A stretch of DNA of 63,148 nt, the filler included, from Collodictyon triciliatum (lineage: Eukaryota), in assembly GCA_043381765.1 (NCBI GenBank). It is 5 parts of 4 records of this genome, joined end to end, with 100 filler letters (N's around TTAATTAATTAA, not from the genome) between each part and the next. Parts side by side here need not be neighbours in the genome. Positions count along the whole stretch, not along the records: positions 1 to 19,162 come from JBHJMP010001307.1; 4 more parts are not named here. The stretch is one strand, 5' to 3'. The position numbers and the translations under genes were made by a program. The notes beneath the pieces were generated by a model that did no database searches, had not been told where the DNA came from, and saw nothing but the letters and a program-made list of their open reading frames with translations. Positions 1 through 13,428 of the stretch are shown piece after piece. Every line of letters begins with the position of its first letter. Within the stretch, counting starts at the first letter, position 1.

Positions 1-631
1 GATGAACGTGAGCATCATGGGATTATTACATGATAGACAAACACCTGAGTGGGATTTGGCTTTAAGTGAGTCAAGCTTTATGATAAATTTTTGGAGTGAT
101 TTTTTTTCCCTAAGAGTATTAATCTATTCGTTATTTTCATCTGGAGAATTTTTCAATAATAATAATTTCTTAATTGGTAAAATAAATAGCGATATGTGAT
201 TGGATATTCACATCCATATTTGCACTTGAGGTCATTCTCAAGTTATTGGCTTTTGGAAGAAGTTATTTTCACGATAGTTGGAACATATTTGATATGACTA
301 CTGTTATTTTACCAATATTGGGTAAATATGATTTTCCGTTTCCAATTTTTTTAATGCTATTATTTGAAGTACGATAAGACGGTATTTTTATTTTTTTTTT
401 TAAAAAAAAAAGTAAGATACTTCTTGAAATTTTTTTTGTTAAGTATGAAATAAGTAAGTTTGAATGAATCCAAGTTCTCATCGACGTATTCACAGGATAT
501 TTAATTCAAGAGTATATCCCGAAAGGGCTTAATGTGTCAATCATTCGGGTATTTCGAGTGTTCAGAGCTATGCGCATATTTCGTTTGATAAAGTCAACAA
601 AAAGCATTTACAAACTCTTCAAAACCATGAT
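1..631 (+). CDS. Voltage-sensor domain (S1-S4) of Nav/Cav/CatSper-type ion-transport family, 5'-truncated; exons 1-65, 190-321, 496-631
   Basis: Spliced translation [110 protein letters not shown]. It shows S2 F..E...K, S3 WNIFD and S4 RxxRxxRxxRxxR, with phase-consistent GT-AG introns. Confidence 0.92.
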
Positions 632-843
632 GTAAGCCGTCATTTTTTTNNNNNNNNNNNNNNNNNNNNNNNNNNNNNNNNNNNNNNNNNNNNNNNNNNN
701 NNNNNNNNNNNNNNNNNNNNNNNNNNNNNNNNNNNNNNNNNNNNNNNNNNNNNNNNNNNNNNNNNNNNNNNNNNNNNNNNNNNNNNNNNNTAGTGTATAT
801 ATTGCTCATGTTTGTAATTTGCATTTGTATTTGGTGTGTTCAG

Positions 844-3800
844 TGGCCGCGGTGTAATATTAACAACCCCAAAGGAAGCCTTAAATTTTAGGAAAGAATC
901 AAATCCGTTCTATTCCAAGGCGAACTACTTTTTATTGAACAAGATGCAGTTCAAAGAATTCATTTTCGAGCGATTCCTGTGGACTTTCCTTAGCGCGTTA
1001 TCAGGTTAATTAATAATATTCCTGACTGAAAGTGTACTTTTTATTCTTATTTTTAAATAAAAAAATTCTAACATTTCATCTTAATTCGAAGATGAAGACC
1101 CAATTCCATATAAAGAGATGAATGCAGATCCAAAATTAGTTCGAATAACTTTTGATTCTTCTCTGCCAACCAAAAATGCTCTCTCATTTGTCTTTATTGT
1201 GGTAAAATATAATCCACAGCCTTTTCAAATCTTCAACAATCTAATTCATGCACATAAAATTTTGTTTAATCCAGATAAAAATATATGAGATAAATACTAT
1301 TTACGTTAAGACCTCACGCTCTTGAGAACCTTGCTCTTATATCTGTAATACATACCTACACTAGAACCCTCTTCAACTAGACGATTATATTTTTGCCACA
1401 GGCTCTAGAATCGAGAAGGAAAAGGTATAATGTATATTAGGGTTCAAATTTAAGAGTATTTTAGGCTCAGCTAAAATCAATTTTCTTTAAATCATGCACT
1501 TTCAAGTATCTTATACGGAAAAGAAGCAGGTTCATATTATTTTGTTTTTTCATAAGGAAGCCTTGGTCTCTCGAAATCTAATCTATATGAAACATGCAAG
1601 TGAAAAATTTATTGTATTAAAAACGCATTTTGAATTGATAACCAGGATGCACACCTCTCAGGATAAAATAGATCTTCAGTCGTGGAAATTATATTCGGTA
1701 TTTTTGGCACGCCAAAAAAATAAATATTGTTATCATAGGAGTATTGCATTTTGGGACATTGCCGTTATTATACGCACTGTTTTAAATTTTGTTAATTAGC
1801 TACTTCCGCTTGACTTTAAAAAAGTAAACCAAAAGTGTATCAGCAGCCCAAAATATAGTGACTTAATTGAGTCCATTTTCAAAGCAGGTACTATATATTT
1901 TCTTCCTTTACCACAAATAAAAGAAAGAATGCAATAAAACAGCATCTGAAAATTCTCGTACAAAATTGCACATCAGAAACGAATTACAAAAGATCATCGT
2001 CTTCTACAGAAGCTAATAGGATATTGGACATTACTAGTGTTTGTTCTGAGTCTATTTATATGTGTATAAAACGAGGAAATATGAAATTTCGGTCATGTGT
2101 GCGTGATCTTGGCTTCCATTATACATTTTCAAGTTTTCTTGACAATATTTCTTTAATCAGGTGTGTGAAGCAAGACTATCTATTGTAGGTGGATATCCAG
2201 GTTTTTTTTTTTAGACACACTCCAGGATTGATGTTACACGCTTAGAACTTAACCATACATGTCATGTTTTATTGAAATGCAGGAACGGGAAAATCGCGCT
2301 TTGCGTTAGATGCTGTGCTGAAATTATTGTCAAAACCTAAAAGTTCAACAGTAATAACATACAAGCATCAATTTTTGATACATATATAAATATAAATTTG
2401 CTATGCGACAGCTCTTGTAACCCCTCATGATTTTTTCACAATATTTACTTTCTATGACACTCAAAACTGTTTTAGAAACAGGTAATGATATTGTATCCAA
2501 ACCGAGAATCAATGCACGCATCACTTTCAGAGATTCAGAATCTCAAATCACACTTCAATCTGGAGTCAGAACAAGATTTTGTCATTCTGGTGAGGAAGTA
2601 TCATATCTTTTTCCCTTTTATTCGGTTCGAAGTGCATGAAGTATCATCTTGATAATTTTTTTGGATTTGAATTTTATCGTTTTTACCTATATTTTATATC
2701 CATGATTTTAAAATAATTTGCACAGAGTAATTCCATTTTAAATCATTCAAAAATATGCATAATTAGGATGACGCTAGCCAACAACAACCAGAAAGATTAT
2801 CCAAATACATATTAGACGCAGAAAATCTTTATGATATCGGCATTTTGGTACGCGATAAAATGAATTTAATGCATAGTCTGTTAAACGGATAATTTAATTA
2901 CCCATTCTACGATCCATAAAAGACAAAGAAAAATGAGCTTGAAGAAGAAAAAAAGCGACTTCATATGGTGAGGTCCAAGGACTACTCTTCTAATGATGAC
3001 CTTATGTATGAGAATCAATCGGTTGACCATTATCATATCTTTGATAAAAAAAAATTTTTTTTTTAAAAATTTTGACCTGTTGAAAGACATCGCATCATAC
3101 TGATGAGTATCTCTTTTTTCTTTTTTTTTTTATTTACATAGTCTCAGTCAATCTAATCCTGGGACGCTTTACATGCCATTGCGTAATTATACTATTGAGA
3201 TCACTCTACTCCAAACAACTTTGTTTTTGCTCTATTCAATCCGAAGAGTTATCCATCCCATACATCATGGGAAATCATGTGTTCATTTTAGTATTATTAT
3301 TGCTACTATTTCTTTAAAATATGAAAAGAGAAACTAGTAAATTAAGCAGCATACTTTTGACCAGGTGATGAACGGGTCATTAAGGAAAATATCATAAAAA
3401 TCGAACAGGTATGCACTTACCTCCCGTTTCTTTTATTATTCCCTTTTAATTTCTTGGCGTATATTATTTCATATAAATTTCTTCTGTGGCATTTTAACCA
3501 ATAGCTGGACAAACTATACTTTAAATAATTGTCGTGCTGCCAATTTTTAGAGTTTACATGACAGGAAAAGGGAATGTGTCAGGCTGACGATTTCAAAAGC
3601 TAGACTCATCATAGCTTGCATGAATTATTGGTAATTTCCTTTATTTTCATTATTGCAGAGAGCCTTCTTGCTTAATGAAATATGAGACGTGACAAATAAA
3701 AAAAAATAATCATATTTGGTCAAGCAAGAGCTCTCCAATAAAAATGAAAAATGTACATAAGGGACTTTTCTCAATATCCTTGGGAGGCCGAAAATCTATC

Positions 3801-6047
3801 TTCCATCGTAGTGGATGATGCTCACTTGGTGCGTAAAATAGCTGTAAATACTTGACTAATACCATCATGGTTTACTGTTTTTTCAAAACCATGCAGAATT
3901 AAATGTCATCCATCCCGGAGTACGATTTTGCTGAACTAATCGATTTCGATACAGATACCAGAGTTTGATGTTCTAGCAACAATTGGTGGACAGACAAATA
4001 AACTCATTTTAATTGGAAATAACTCCAACATGTATCGCCTACCAAATTTCGACAACGTTTCCACGTCAGCACATTATTCTATGCTCCATAGACTCCAAGT
4101 TTGTTGCTGGTTTAATGAATAAGAAAAATGAAAAAAAAGTGGAGTTATAAATAGTTCTCTATTCTTGTATATAATCATGCAATTTTGCTCCGTCGTGTGA
4201 ATTGCATACTTAATTAAACAATACACTCTTTCTTTGGCTATTAGGATCATGGACTACCTTCATATGCATTGCGGCATTCATATCCTATTCTTTTCTTTTT
4301 TTAAAAAAAATAATTAATATAATAGATCTAGTTATTGATTATACAGTCGAATTGTATTTCAAATTTCTTTAACAAATCCACGCTTCTTATGAACAAGCGC
4401 ATTTGGGATTTGTTTGGATTCTTTTTCCAAAATGTTTGTACTTCAGTTGTAGTTCGGATATATAAACCCATTTTCACTCCTTTTTTTTATTTTGCTAGCA
4501 TTTTTGTATATCCCCTTAATTGGTTGTATTGATTTCTTTCATATACTTCTGTATATTGCTAAATATACACGTCCATGGTGACATTAAAAGGAGGATGAAC
4601 CCCCTACATTTGAAAGCAAGGCTTACAAAGCAAAATCATGGGATAAATTTGGTACTGAAAAACAAATCATACTATAATCATTTGTCTCTTGCTTCCAATT
4701 CACATATCTCTCACATATCTTCCAGTTCACCTTTTTTTTACCAAACACAAAATTTTAATCACCACTATTGTCCTTTTTGCATATCTAGTGGTGATTGATT
4801 TCCCCGTGCATGAGGAAAAAGAGCAATTAGGTCTATTGGCCGGGTCCATAATTGGAAAGATAAAATCATGTTATCCAGTCAGTAGAACATTTGGCCATAA
4901 TAAATTACTTCTATTCATATGTATTTCTACGAAATTATGATTTCATTTGTGCTTATCGAGGTTGCATTACCACCTTTACAAATTCGCGAATCATTTAGGA
5001 TTTTAAGGTCCGTTTATGTGCGTCCCCAGACAGATTTGAAAGGAAGATTCCCCTCAGCCCCTCCTCCTCTGAGACCATCCTTTCGAAATCGGTTCGATAC
5101 ATTTATATTTTAATAAACATCTTTGAATCGAATAAAGGAAAAAAATATTTTAATAAACATTTTTTGTCGTAACAATTGGTTGTATTCAGTTGTAAATCCA
5201 TAAATCATACATTTTAGCTATCATATGATCTGATTTATTAATTATGCCATTCACTCATTCATCTCGAAAAATGAAACACACTCCAAATAGAATCATTCTG
5301 TTTGTGACGTATACCTTCATGTACACTTTCCAGTCCAACAAAGTAAAAAAAAAAAAATCGTTTTATTTATTTATTTATTTATGACATGCAAGCACAAGTC
5401 TAAAACAGTGGATACCGAAGCAGTTTTTTTTCTTTAAGTAAAGATCGTAACAACTTTAACTCTTTTTTTTTTCGGGGGGAAACTGAAGGAGAAACTTTCG
5501 GGTTCAAACTGAGAAGCGATTTTTATGACCCCATTCAGTCTCAACAATTCCTCTCCAAAACTCTGTGTGCCAGGTAATGTAGCTCTCCCATGCAAAAAAT
5601 TATATGTGCCTATCCTTTGTGCGCTCTAATAGCATCGGGACTATGCAAATCACAATAATGAAACATAGAATAGCTTTTGTTGACGGGAACCTGATTTAAA
5701 ATTATTATTTTTTTTTATACATCTATCTGAAACAGAGAGGCTGCCTTTGTTATCTGTGACTGCGCCCGTGCCATGCTGGACCCTTTTTGGGCCCAGATTA
5801 TAGATATTGCCAAGGATAACAAACTATGTAAACTTTTTTTTTAATGTGCCCTTGGATGGCAACCTAATGAATTAATTTTAGAGTCCCCATCTCCTTCTTA
5901 TATATTTCCTCTCGAGGAGAATTGATTGACGTTTTCTTTTCATGGTCGTGCACATCATCCTCCTGCAACAATAATTTAAACGTCGCTTACATTTATGCAG
6001 ACTATCACCACTCCCGCATCTCTGATTTTCTGGCAATGATGAAATGA
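844..6047 (+). CDS. Multi-exon SF1B (ZNFX1/UPF1/DNA2-like) helicase-fold protein with degenerate motifs; probably the same gene as the voltage sensor at 1-631
   Basis: P-loop RLSIVGGYPGTGKS (exons 2161-2200 and 2283-), motif Ia-like QVMILYPNRESM, Walker B-like SIVVDDAH (~3802-3825), EFDVLATIGGQTNKLILIGN (~3961-4020), SMLHRLQDHGLPSYAL, and C-terminal KTLCAREAAFVICD..PFWAQII. The last exon ends ...FLAMMK* at TGA 6045-6047. Some internal exons were not resolved. Confidence 0.75.
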
Positions 6048-6271
6048 TAAAAACATCCGATATTGGCTTCCTCCTTCTAGTACAACAATAAAGAAGAACG
6101 AAGAGTCAAACTGCAAGTGTGGCGATATCCGATATCCAGAAGTCAAAAGAAAAAAGTGGCGATGGGCAATTATCTGATATATTTTTCTATCATAAGGGTT
6201 TATCAGAAGCGGGCGCAGTTTTGAAGTGAATTGCAAAGAAAACAAAGCGCATCTTTATTGTGCCGGTAGAT

Positions 6272-8414
6272 TCACATCTTCGGTCGCGGTGCGGTTGGAT
6301 GACTGGCGAAGTAGTTCTCCATCGCCCTGCATATATGTAGTCAGCATAAGTAATCGGCAAGTTGGGCTAAGCCGATATTTCGATTATATTTCTTTGTTTA
6401 TTGTGATAAAATATTCAAAAGTTACTGAATCGGTTATAAAACTGTCTTCTTTTTTAGTCATTTTTTGTTGCTTTTTTTTGTATTTTTTTTTTTGTTCTAG
6501 ATGTTGAAGTTTGCCCTACCTCAAATTTTGAATAATGGAATAAATCCAATACATAAAATAAATTATTATAGATATATTCGAGCTCACTTTCTGACTATTG
6601 CAGAGAGCTCACTCCGAGATTTCGACCCATCGTTCTTTATCAAAGGAAGGAACGTTAGCTTCACCTATACAAGGTGTTTATGAGCAAAGTTTGCAGAGAA
6701 GTGAAAATCACATGGCATATGAACATGGAATTCTCTTAAAAAGTTGGCGGCAAAGTGAAAGAAGGCAAAATAATAGTGTGGTTACAAAATAAAACCATAA
6801 TAGAACAAAGCAAAAAGAAGACCCAATATTATATGACAAGGGGGGACGGGAAATGAATACGAACAGCGCCCGGCTTTGCAAACAATGAACGAGGCTTCCA
6901 TAAGTCAAATGCTCCATCAAGAATACATGGCACAATATCTACTCTGCTCTCTCTAGCCAAGTAGAATGGGCCCTTCTTGAATGGAATGAGCGAACCATTT
7001 TGGCTTCGTGTTCCCTCAGGACTCACTGCAACAGCGCTTCCGCTCTCTGATATCAAACGACCTGCTTCCCTGTAATGTTACAACGATGAGTGGCCTGCTT
7101 CAAACACAAACAAACAAACAAACAAACAAACAAACAAACAAACAAACAAACAAACAAACAAACAAACAAACAAACAAACAAACAAACAAACAAACAATAT
7201 AGGATATAATGTGCATCATTTTCATCGAATTCCATCGCTAAAATGCGAAAGACTACAACATCATATCTTTATTCTTGTCATCTTTTCTACCAAAAAAGAA
7301 AGGGAAAATGTATGCCATTATATTAGTCATACTTGATGGATTGCACAGCACTGTCCAGATTCTCGCGCTCAATCGGAATGTGGCCAAAGGCTCGCACAAC
7401 CCAACCAAAAACTGGGATTTGAAATACTGATTTCTTGCCAATAAACCGAGCTGTAAGAGGCGAATGCGACAGGATTATCAATGGGTCCAACTAGAGAAAA
7501 AAATCGAGGGTTGAATCGTTCCATTCCAGCCAAAAACAGAATGCACAAGGACCAATAGGGCTAACTTGAGTTTAGTTTCAAATATGGTTTGGCTCCGTTT
7601 CATTTCGTGTTATTTTCGGTTTTTTTTTTGTCTTAATATGCCTTTATAGGTCTTTTATATATATTATGAATGAAAGTCACAGCGATTAATAACCTGCGAG
7701 ACATGGTTAAACATCAAGAGACACGGCCGGTCGAGCGGAACATTCTCTTCTCCTTCCACTTTAACCTATTCAAATACATAAAAGTTCATAAAGTTTATAC
7801 AGCTTTATTCCCTTTGCTCGATTCAAAGTGATTGTTTAAACGGTTTATAAGAATTATTGAGAGAAAAGTGATTTTCACGTGATTAAGATGCCTCTCGTAT
7901 TTCAGTAGACATGTTTGTCATAGAAGCACTAAAAAAATAAAAAATAAAAAATAAAAAGAGGGTTCAATCTTAACCTCGACGCCCATCAATGAAAGAACTA
8001 CATAGCACCACTCGCTTTGGAATACATCGATGGGAAGATTGTTTTTGTGGACCCCAAAAACCCGCAGAAAGGCTTGAACCAACACGCTTGCTGGTGTAAG
8101 CTAATATGGGAAAGCAATTATGGTGTTGATAAAAAATAAAAATAAAAACGATAGGAATCATTTTATTTATTTTCGTCATCATATCGGAATAGATAGATGG
8201 ATAGTTGTATTAGAGTCTAGACAAAGCAATATAATTAACAGCAAGATATTTTCTAACTATAAAAACCAAAATGATAATTGAAGTTGAGAACCGCAAGGAG
8301 GCCAAGCAAAGACGGTACACAGAAAACAAGAGTTGCAAAGGCGCGTAGTGACTGTTCGGCTGTCCAACGTGATCGCTTTTGTGTTACTTCCTTCGTCTCT
8401 GACTTTTCCTCCAT
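6272..8414 (-). CDS. 1-acyl-sn-glycerol-3-phosphate acyltransferase (PlsC/LPAAT family), multi-exon
   Basis: Spliced motifs NHVSQLD (NHxxxxD), FIGKKS, GHIPIER, SPEGTRS, FKKGPFYLA, IVPCILDG. Start MEEKSETK at 8414; final exons VKLTFLPLI...SAIVRK and AMENYF...PKM* (stop 6272-6274). Confidence 0.9.
7107..7196. repeat. (CAAA)n intronic microsatellite
   Basis: Perfect tetranucleotide run. Confidence 0.97.
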
Positions 8415-8519
8415 CTCTATTTGTTTGGCGACAAGGGGCTTCGTATAGCTCTAAGAAGTTCTCAAACATGAAAAGCTATCTTCTAAGCTCCTTTCTCTCT
8501 GGTGGTCAGGAGTGAATTT

Positions 8520-8862
8520 ATTTTTCTTTTTTCTTTTTTCTTTTCTTTTTTCTTTTTCTTTTTCTTTTTCTTTTTCTTTTTCTTTTTCTTTTTCTTTTTC
8601 TTTTTCTTTTTCTTTTTCTTTTTCTTTTTCTTTTTCTTTTTCTTTTTCTTTTTCTTTTCTTTTCTTTTCATTTTCTTTTTCATTTTCATTTTCATTTTCA
8701 TTTTCATTTTCATTTTCATTTTCATTTTCATTTTCATTTTCATTTTCATTTTCATTTTCATTTTCATTTTCATTTTCATTTTTATTTTTATTTTTATTTT
8801 ATTTTTATTTTTATTTTTATTTTTATTTTTGTTTTTGTTTTTGTTTTTGTTTTTGTTTTTTA
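8520..8862. repeat. Compound hexamer microsatellite (TTTTTC)n-(TTTTCA)n-(TTTTTA)n-(TTTTTG)n
   Basis: Directly visible successive hexamer arrays. Confidence 0.95.
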
Positions 8863-9331
8863 TTTTTTCTTCGTTCTCTAGATTTTTTTTTCCTAGGCCC
8901 AGTAATTTCGAGACTTTGTCTGGATATACATCCCAGAAGATCGTGCGGACCTGACAGGTTTGCTTTAGATATGTTGGGAATACGGTGATAAAAAACTGCC
9001 CAAATTAGGCCCGCTCCCTTTCGTTTGTATTTTGACCTTGTTGTGCTATCGGCTTCTTTGGTCCTTGTGGGCCGAAGCTGTCGAGTCTATACTGTAGAGA
9101 ATTACTTCAAATCAAATGCTGTGCTTGCCTCTTCTTTTTCCTCACTCTTTCCAATCCCCAGTGCTGTGATTTATTCGCCTTTTTTTTTAATCTTAAAAAA
9201 TTTTTATGGAGTGGGAGCTGGCGAAGGTCTTTTGATTTATTTCATTCGCGTCCATGGTTCATCGTCCCCTTTGTGCTTTCGATGAAAGTGAAAGCTTTTG
9301 AATGGAAAAAAAAAAGTATCTCTCCACATCG

Positions 9332-12088
9332 TCATTCAGAGGATTCTAAATGACTGATACGGTAAAGGTATTTTTCCTGTTCTATTTGCGCCCGATGATT
9401 AATCAAACTCCGTTCTTGTGCTCGAGCCAGATTTATCTGTGCAAGGAGGTGGTTCAGTAGGTATTCCTCTGAAAACAAATGTTTTTCATGTTTCCTTGTT
9501 TATCTTTTTTAAAAGGAAAAATAAATAGAAGGCCGCTGCTGAATTATAATAAAATAACATAAAAAACTTGTAAAGTACCAAGTCTGACCTTATGAGTTTG
9601 AACAGTGTGAATCATGCGGTGGTATTCTTCCTCAAGGATGTCTAGCTGTGCAATACTTAATTCCTCTAATGAAAGACCGATGTAATGGTTCAGCGAAATA
9701 CCCATAATTTGAGCATTTTGGTGATGCTCTTCGTAGGTGATACTGTAGTCTGTTTCCTTCGGGTGGTCATGCGCATTCAAATCTGTCTTCGGCTCTGATT
9801 CACTTTCAAGTTTGGCTGCGCTTGTTGCTTTCTGCAGGGCTGGGTTTGGCCCATCTCTTATCCATGGATTCCCTTTTATTGTGGACACTCTATTTTCTGA
9901 AACCGAAGCCTGCGTAAAGGATGCCAACCTATCTATTTATTTTTTTTTCAATATTTATCTATATATTCAATCGAATAGAGTATATGTGACATCTAGCTAT
10001 AATTGCAAATTGTATGATTGTTTCGTTTACCACAACTAGTTACAACTTGTGTCTGCTTCTGGGAGAGTGGGTTATGCTTTGTACTTTTGGCAGAATGTGG
10101 CATAACGCCTGTCGTAATATTCCTTTTCGGTGCATGAGAAACGATATCCTGGATGTCCTTTTGTTTCCTTTGTGCTTTTTGTCTTCCAACAAGAATGAAC
10201 TCGCCATCTCTATCGATGTCAATATGTCGTGTCGATTTCTCTATCGATTGATTAATAGGACTTTGCAAGCTCGATTGATAGACATCGCTGTATACTTCTG
10301 GTTGCTTGTCTATGGAGATGACGAATTCTGATTGTTTTCGGCTGTGGGAAGGAGATGTTTCACCGGTATTATCGACACTATTCAAATTCATATCTTCAAT
10401 CCCCTCTTGCAAATTTAGTGTCTCTATACCACCGAAAGGTTTTTTCAATTTCTTACTTTTTGTATGCGATTGAATTTTCTCTCCTTTTTTGCCGAACCTT
10501 TTTGGGTCAGACAATACCTGAGATTCCCATTTCGCAAGAAGCTCCTTTCGCTGATTCTCTAAGGCGATATAACACGGGTGCAAACCTTTTTGTTTGTCTG
10601 CTCTTTTCAGAGATTTTGCAAGGTCGAGTGGAGATAGTTTAAACTTATTTACAATACTTATATCCGCACCATACTCTATAAGAATTTTCAGGCATTCCAC
10701 TGAAGCCGCTTCAAGAGCCAAATGAAGAGATGTGTTTCCTTCATTATTCTGAAAATTTTCATCGGAAACATAAATCCATAGTTAGTTTTATGAAGTTTTA
10801 CAATAAGTGGAACACGAAGTGATCAAAAGCTGTATTGTATGTGTGACAGAACATTATGAAACCCCTCACAGTCAAGTCTAAATATCTCTTCAAGGATGCT
10901 GCTGAATTCGACCGAATGTAGTCCATAAGTAACTTGGAAATAGAATCATTCCCTACGGAGACAGCACACATCAGGGCAGTCATTTTGTCTAATAAAAAAA
11001 AAAAAGTAAACAATACCCTGTCAGTTTGGAATGGAAATAATATTGAGTATATATTTAATGAATTGAAGGAGCGATGGTGAGGATTATGTATGAAATTAAC
11101 CGTTGTTCTGTTGCAGGACAAAATCCAATCCGATATTCAAAGAAAGAAGATATTGGAAACAATCCAGATGACTATTCTTTGCAGCCCACATTAACGCAGT
11201 ATCATTCAAGTTGTTTGTAAATAATTTTCTTTCAAGAGAGCCGGAGGACATCACGTGGCATACAAGAAGCTTTAAAATAGATACATTTCCTCCTGCGCAA
11301 GCCTGATACACCACTTAGTATGTATGAAGAATAAAACCACCATGTCATGAATGAAATGTGTAGTTGCAATAAATTTGCAATGAGTCATCCTATTAAAAAA
11401 AAAAAAAAGAACGTATGACATTACATAAATCGTCGTAGGAATGAATAAATAACATACCCACATTATCGCAGAGTTTCCTAATCTTGTTGTGTGGTAGACG
11501 TCTCCTCCCTGTCATATTTGTTAACGGCATAATTGATCAGATTGAAACGCGGGTACCACTATAAAACCAAATGAGTTGCTTGAAAATGACTGTAAAAGAA
11601 AACCTCAGAAAGGATTAACTCGACACACTGCAATTGCCCGTACTCCGCTGCGATTAATAGAGGCGACCGCCCGTCGACATTCTCTGCATTAAGAATCCAT
11701 CTATTTTTTTCATCTGCGCCGAGCAAAGAACGTGCCTGTAATTGTGGGAGAATCAAAAATATAATTTGTTGACCAGTTATCAGACCCATAATTCTACAAA
11801 AGATATGAAACGAGAAGAAAAAGAAAAAATAAAATAATAAAATTAAAAAACAGAAGAGAATTATGGATATCAAATACAACGGATGATATTTCAGTGCTTT
11901 CAGGTAGATGTTTGATAGAGAAAACTTAGATCGACAGGGTGGGTGGAAAACCGAACAAAATGTAAATAATAAAAAAAAAAAAAATAGTTAAGTCCAAGGT
12001 ACTATAATGAGGTTTTTGAGGAAGGTTCACAAACTCGACCGATGTTCCCTTGGGCCACTGCGTCGAAGAACCGAACGGCTGTATCCAT
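9332..12088 (-). CDS. Ankyrin-repeat protein with low-complexity/coiled-coil C-terminus, multi-exon
   Basis: ANK repeats GRSPLLIAAEYGQLQCVELIL, DTALMWAAKNSHLDCFQYLL, MTALMCAVSVGNDSISKLL, GNTSLHLALEAASVECLKILIEYGADI, LSPLDLA. Start MDTAVRFFDAV at 12088; last exon ...HLESSE*. Confidence 0.88.
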
Positions 12089-13428
12089 TTCCACTTTCCT
12101 ATAACCGATGTTTTTCACACATGACTTGGTTTTTTTTTTCAACTCTTTCAAAGGGTCAGAATCATAACGCGCATAAATGTGGTGATCGCACACTGAGACA
12201 GACTTGAGAAGAATTAAAAAAAAAACACACACACATACACACAATGAATAAGAAAAAGTCCGTTTTGCTAAGAAATAATGAACGCACTGAGAGACAAAGG
12301 ACACAATCTCCAGAATACAATATTATTACACTTGCGTTCTTTCCTTCTTCTCCCAACCCGCCACATTCTAAAGCCAAAAAAAAAACATGCAAGCGGTCGG
12401 AAAGAGGGATCCTGAGAAGGACGAGACCGGCGCCACAGCCCTTCCCCATGGGAATGCCTACTAACCGTACGAAAACTGAAAAGGCTGACGCAGCCAACGC
12501 AAAGAGCGAAAAGGTCACTTTACCACATCCTTTACAACACAGGTTCTGCACCGAGACACACCGACAAACAAGGCACCAGCCGCCACCGACCCGCGAATAC
12601 CACAAACCGATAATAAGACAGAGCGAGCTCTTAAAGACGAATAAATAATAATTTATTTTTTTTTTTGCTTTATTCGATTCAAAGGAAGGAAGGAGATTTG
12701 GATTATTTTTTTTACAGTCCGACATAGTTGTATGCGCCTTGGTTGAAAGCAATGATGCATGTCGGATAAGGGTGCTGGCCGGCTTGGTACGGAAGCTGGA
12801 TTCGCGGCTCATCACTACGCACCCAAGAGGGTTGAGAATAATAACTCTAAAGAGCTGCAACTACCGGGAGCCCTGAACTAGATTCGATTTGAGGCCAAAT
12901 TTTCCCCCAGAGACGAATTAACATACGGCCATCTCGCCATCCTCAAGATTAAAGAAGACTTCATAACCTCATTCTATTCCTATAATTGATTTATATTTTA
13001 TTTTCCATTTTGTAATATTAATTCACAAATTCAAAAATTGCAAACAAGCCCTTGCGTTGGCCAGACAGAGTCAACCCTATAAACCTGCCACCAAACATGC
13101 ATTTCAAAAGAGCATACCATCCGCACTTGCGGCGGTAATCATGTTGTTTGGGGCCGATATGTTGATTTTCAGTCGCAATGGCTATACGGTTGTCCTTTCG
13201 AACTCGTCGAATCAGCTCTCAGTGTTTTGTCTCGAATCACTTATATAAAAAATCTTTGTGTGTTTGTTTGCCACAAAGCGTATTTTTTGAAAGTCTCGGT
13301 AGATGCTTAATTATACATATATTAATTTTATGCAGTTTTATTTATTTTTTATCAAATTGACTTTTGACTAAAGTTTTATTAAAATTGGAAACTCGTTAGT
13401 TTTCTAAAGGAAAAAGTAAAACAAAGAC

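Noticed and set aside
6598-6792. Plus-strand ORF as last exon of the helicase-like gene
   Set aside because: It is antisense to an LPAAT exon (VKLTFLPLI...); the helicase-like gene stops at 6047
8483-8988. Poly-K/F/MK ORFs (similar ones at 16103-16453, 22547-22765, 35975-36383)
   Set aside because: Translations of microsatellites
12162-12860. 232-aa minus-strand ORF upstream of the ankyrin gene
   Set aside because: No domain signal; more likely promoter/5' UTR sequence
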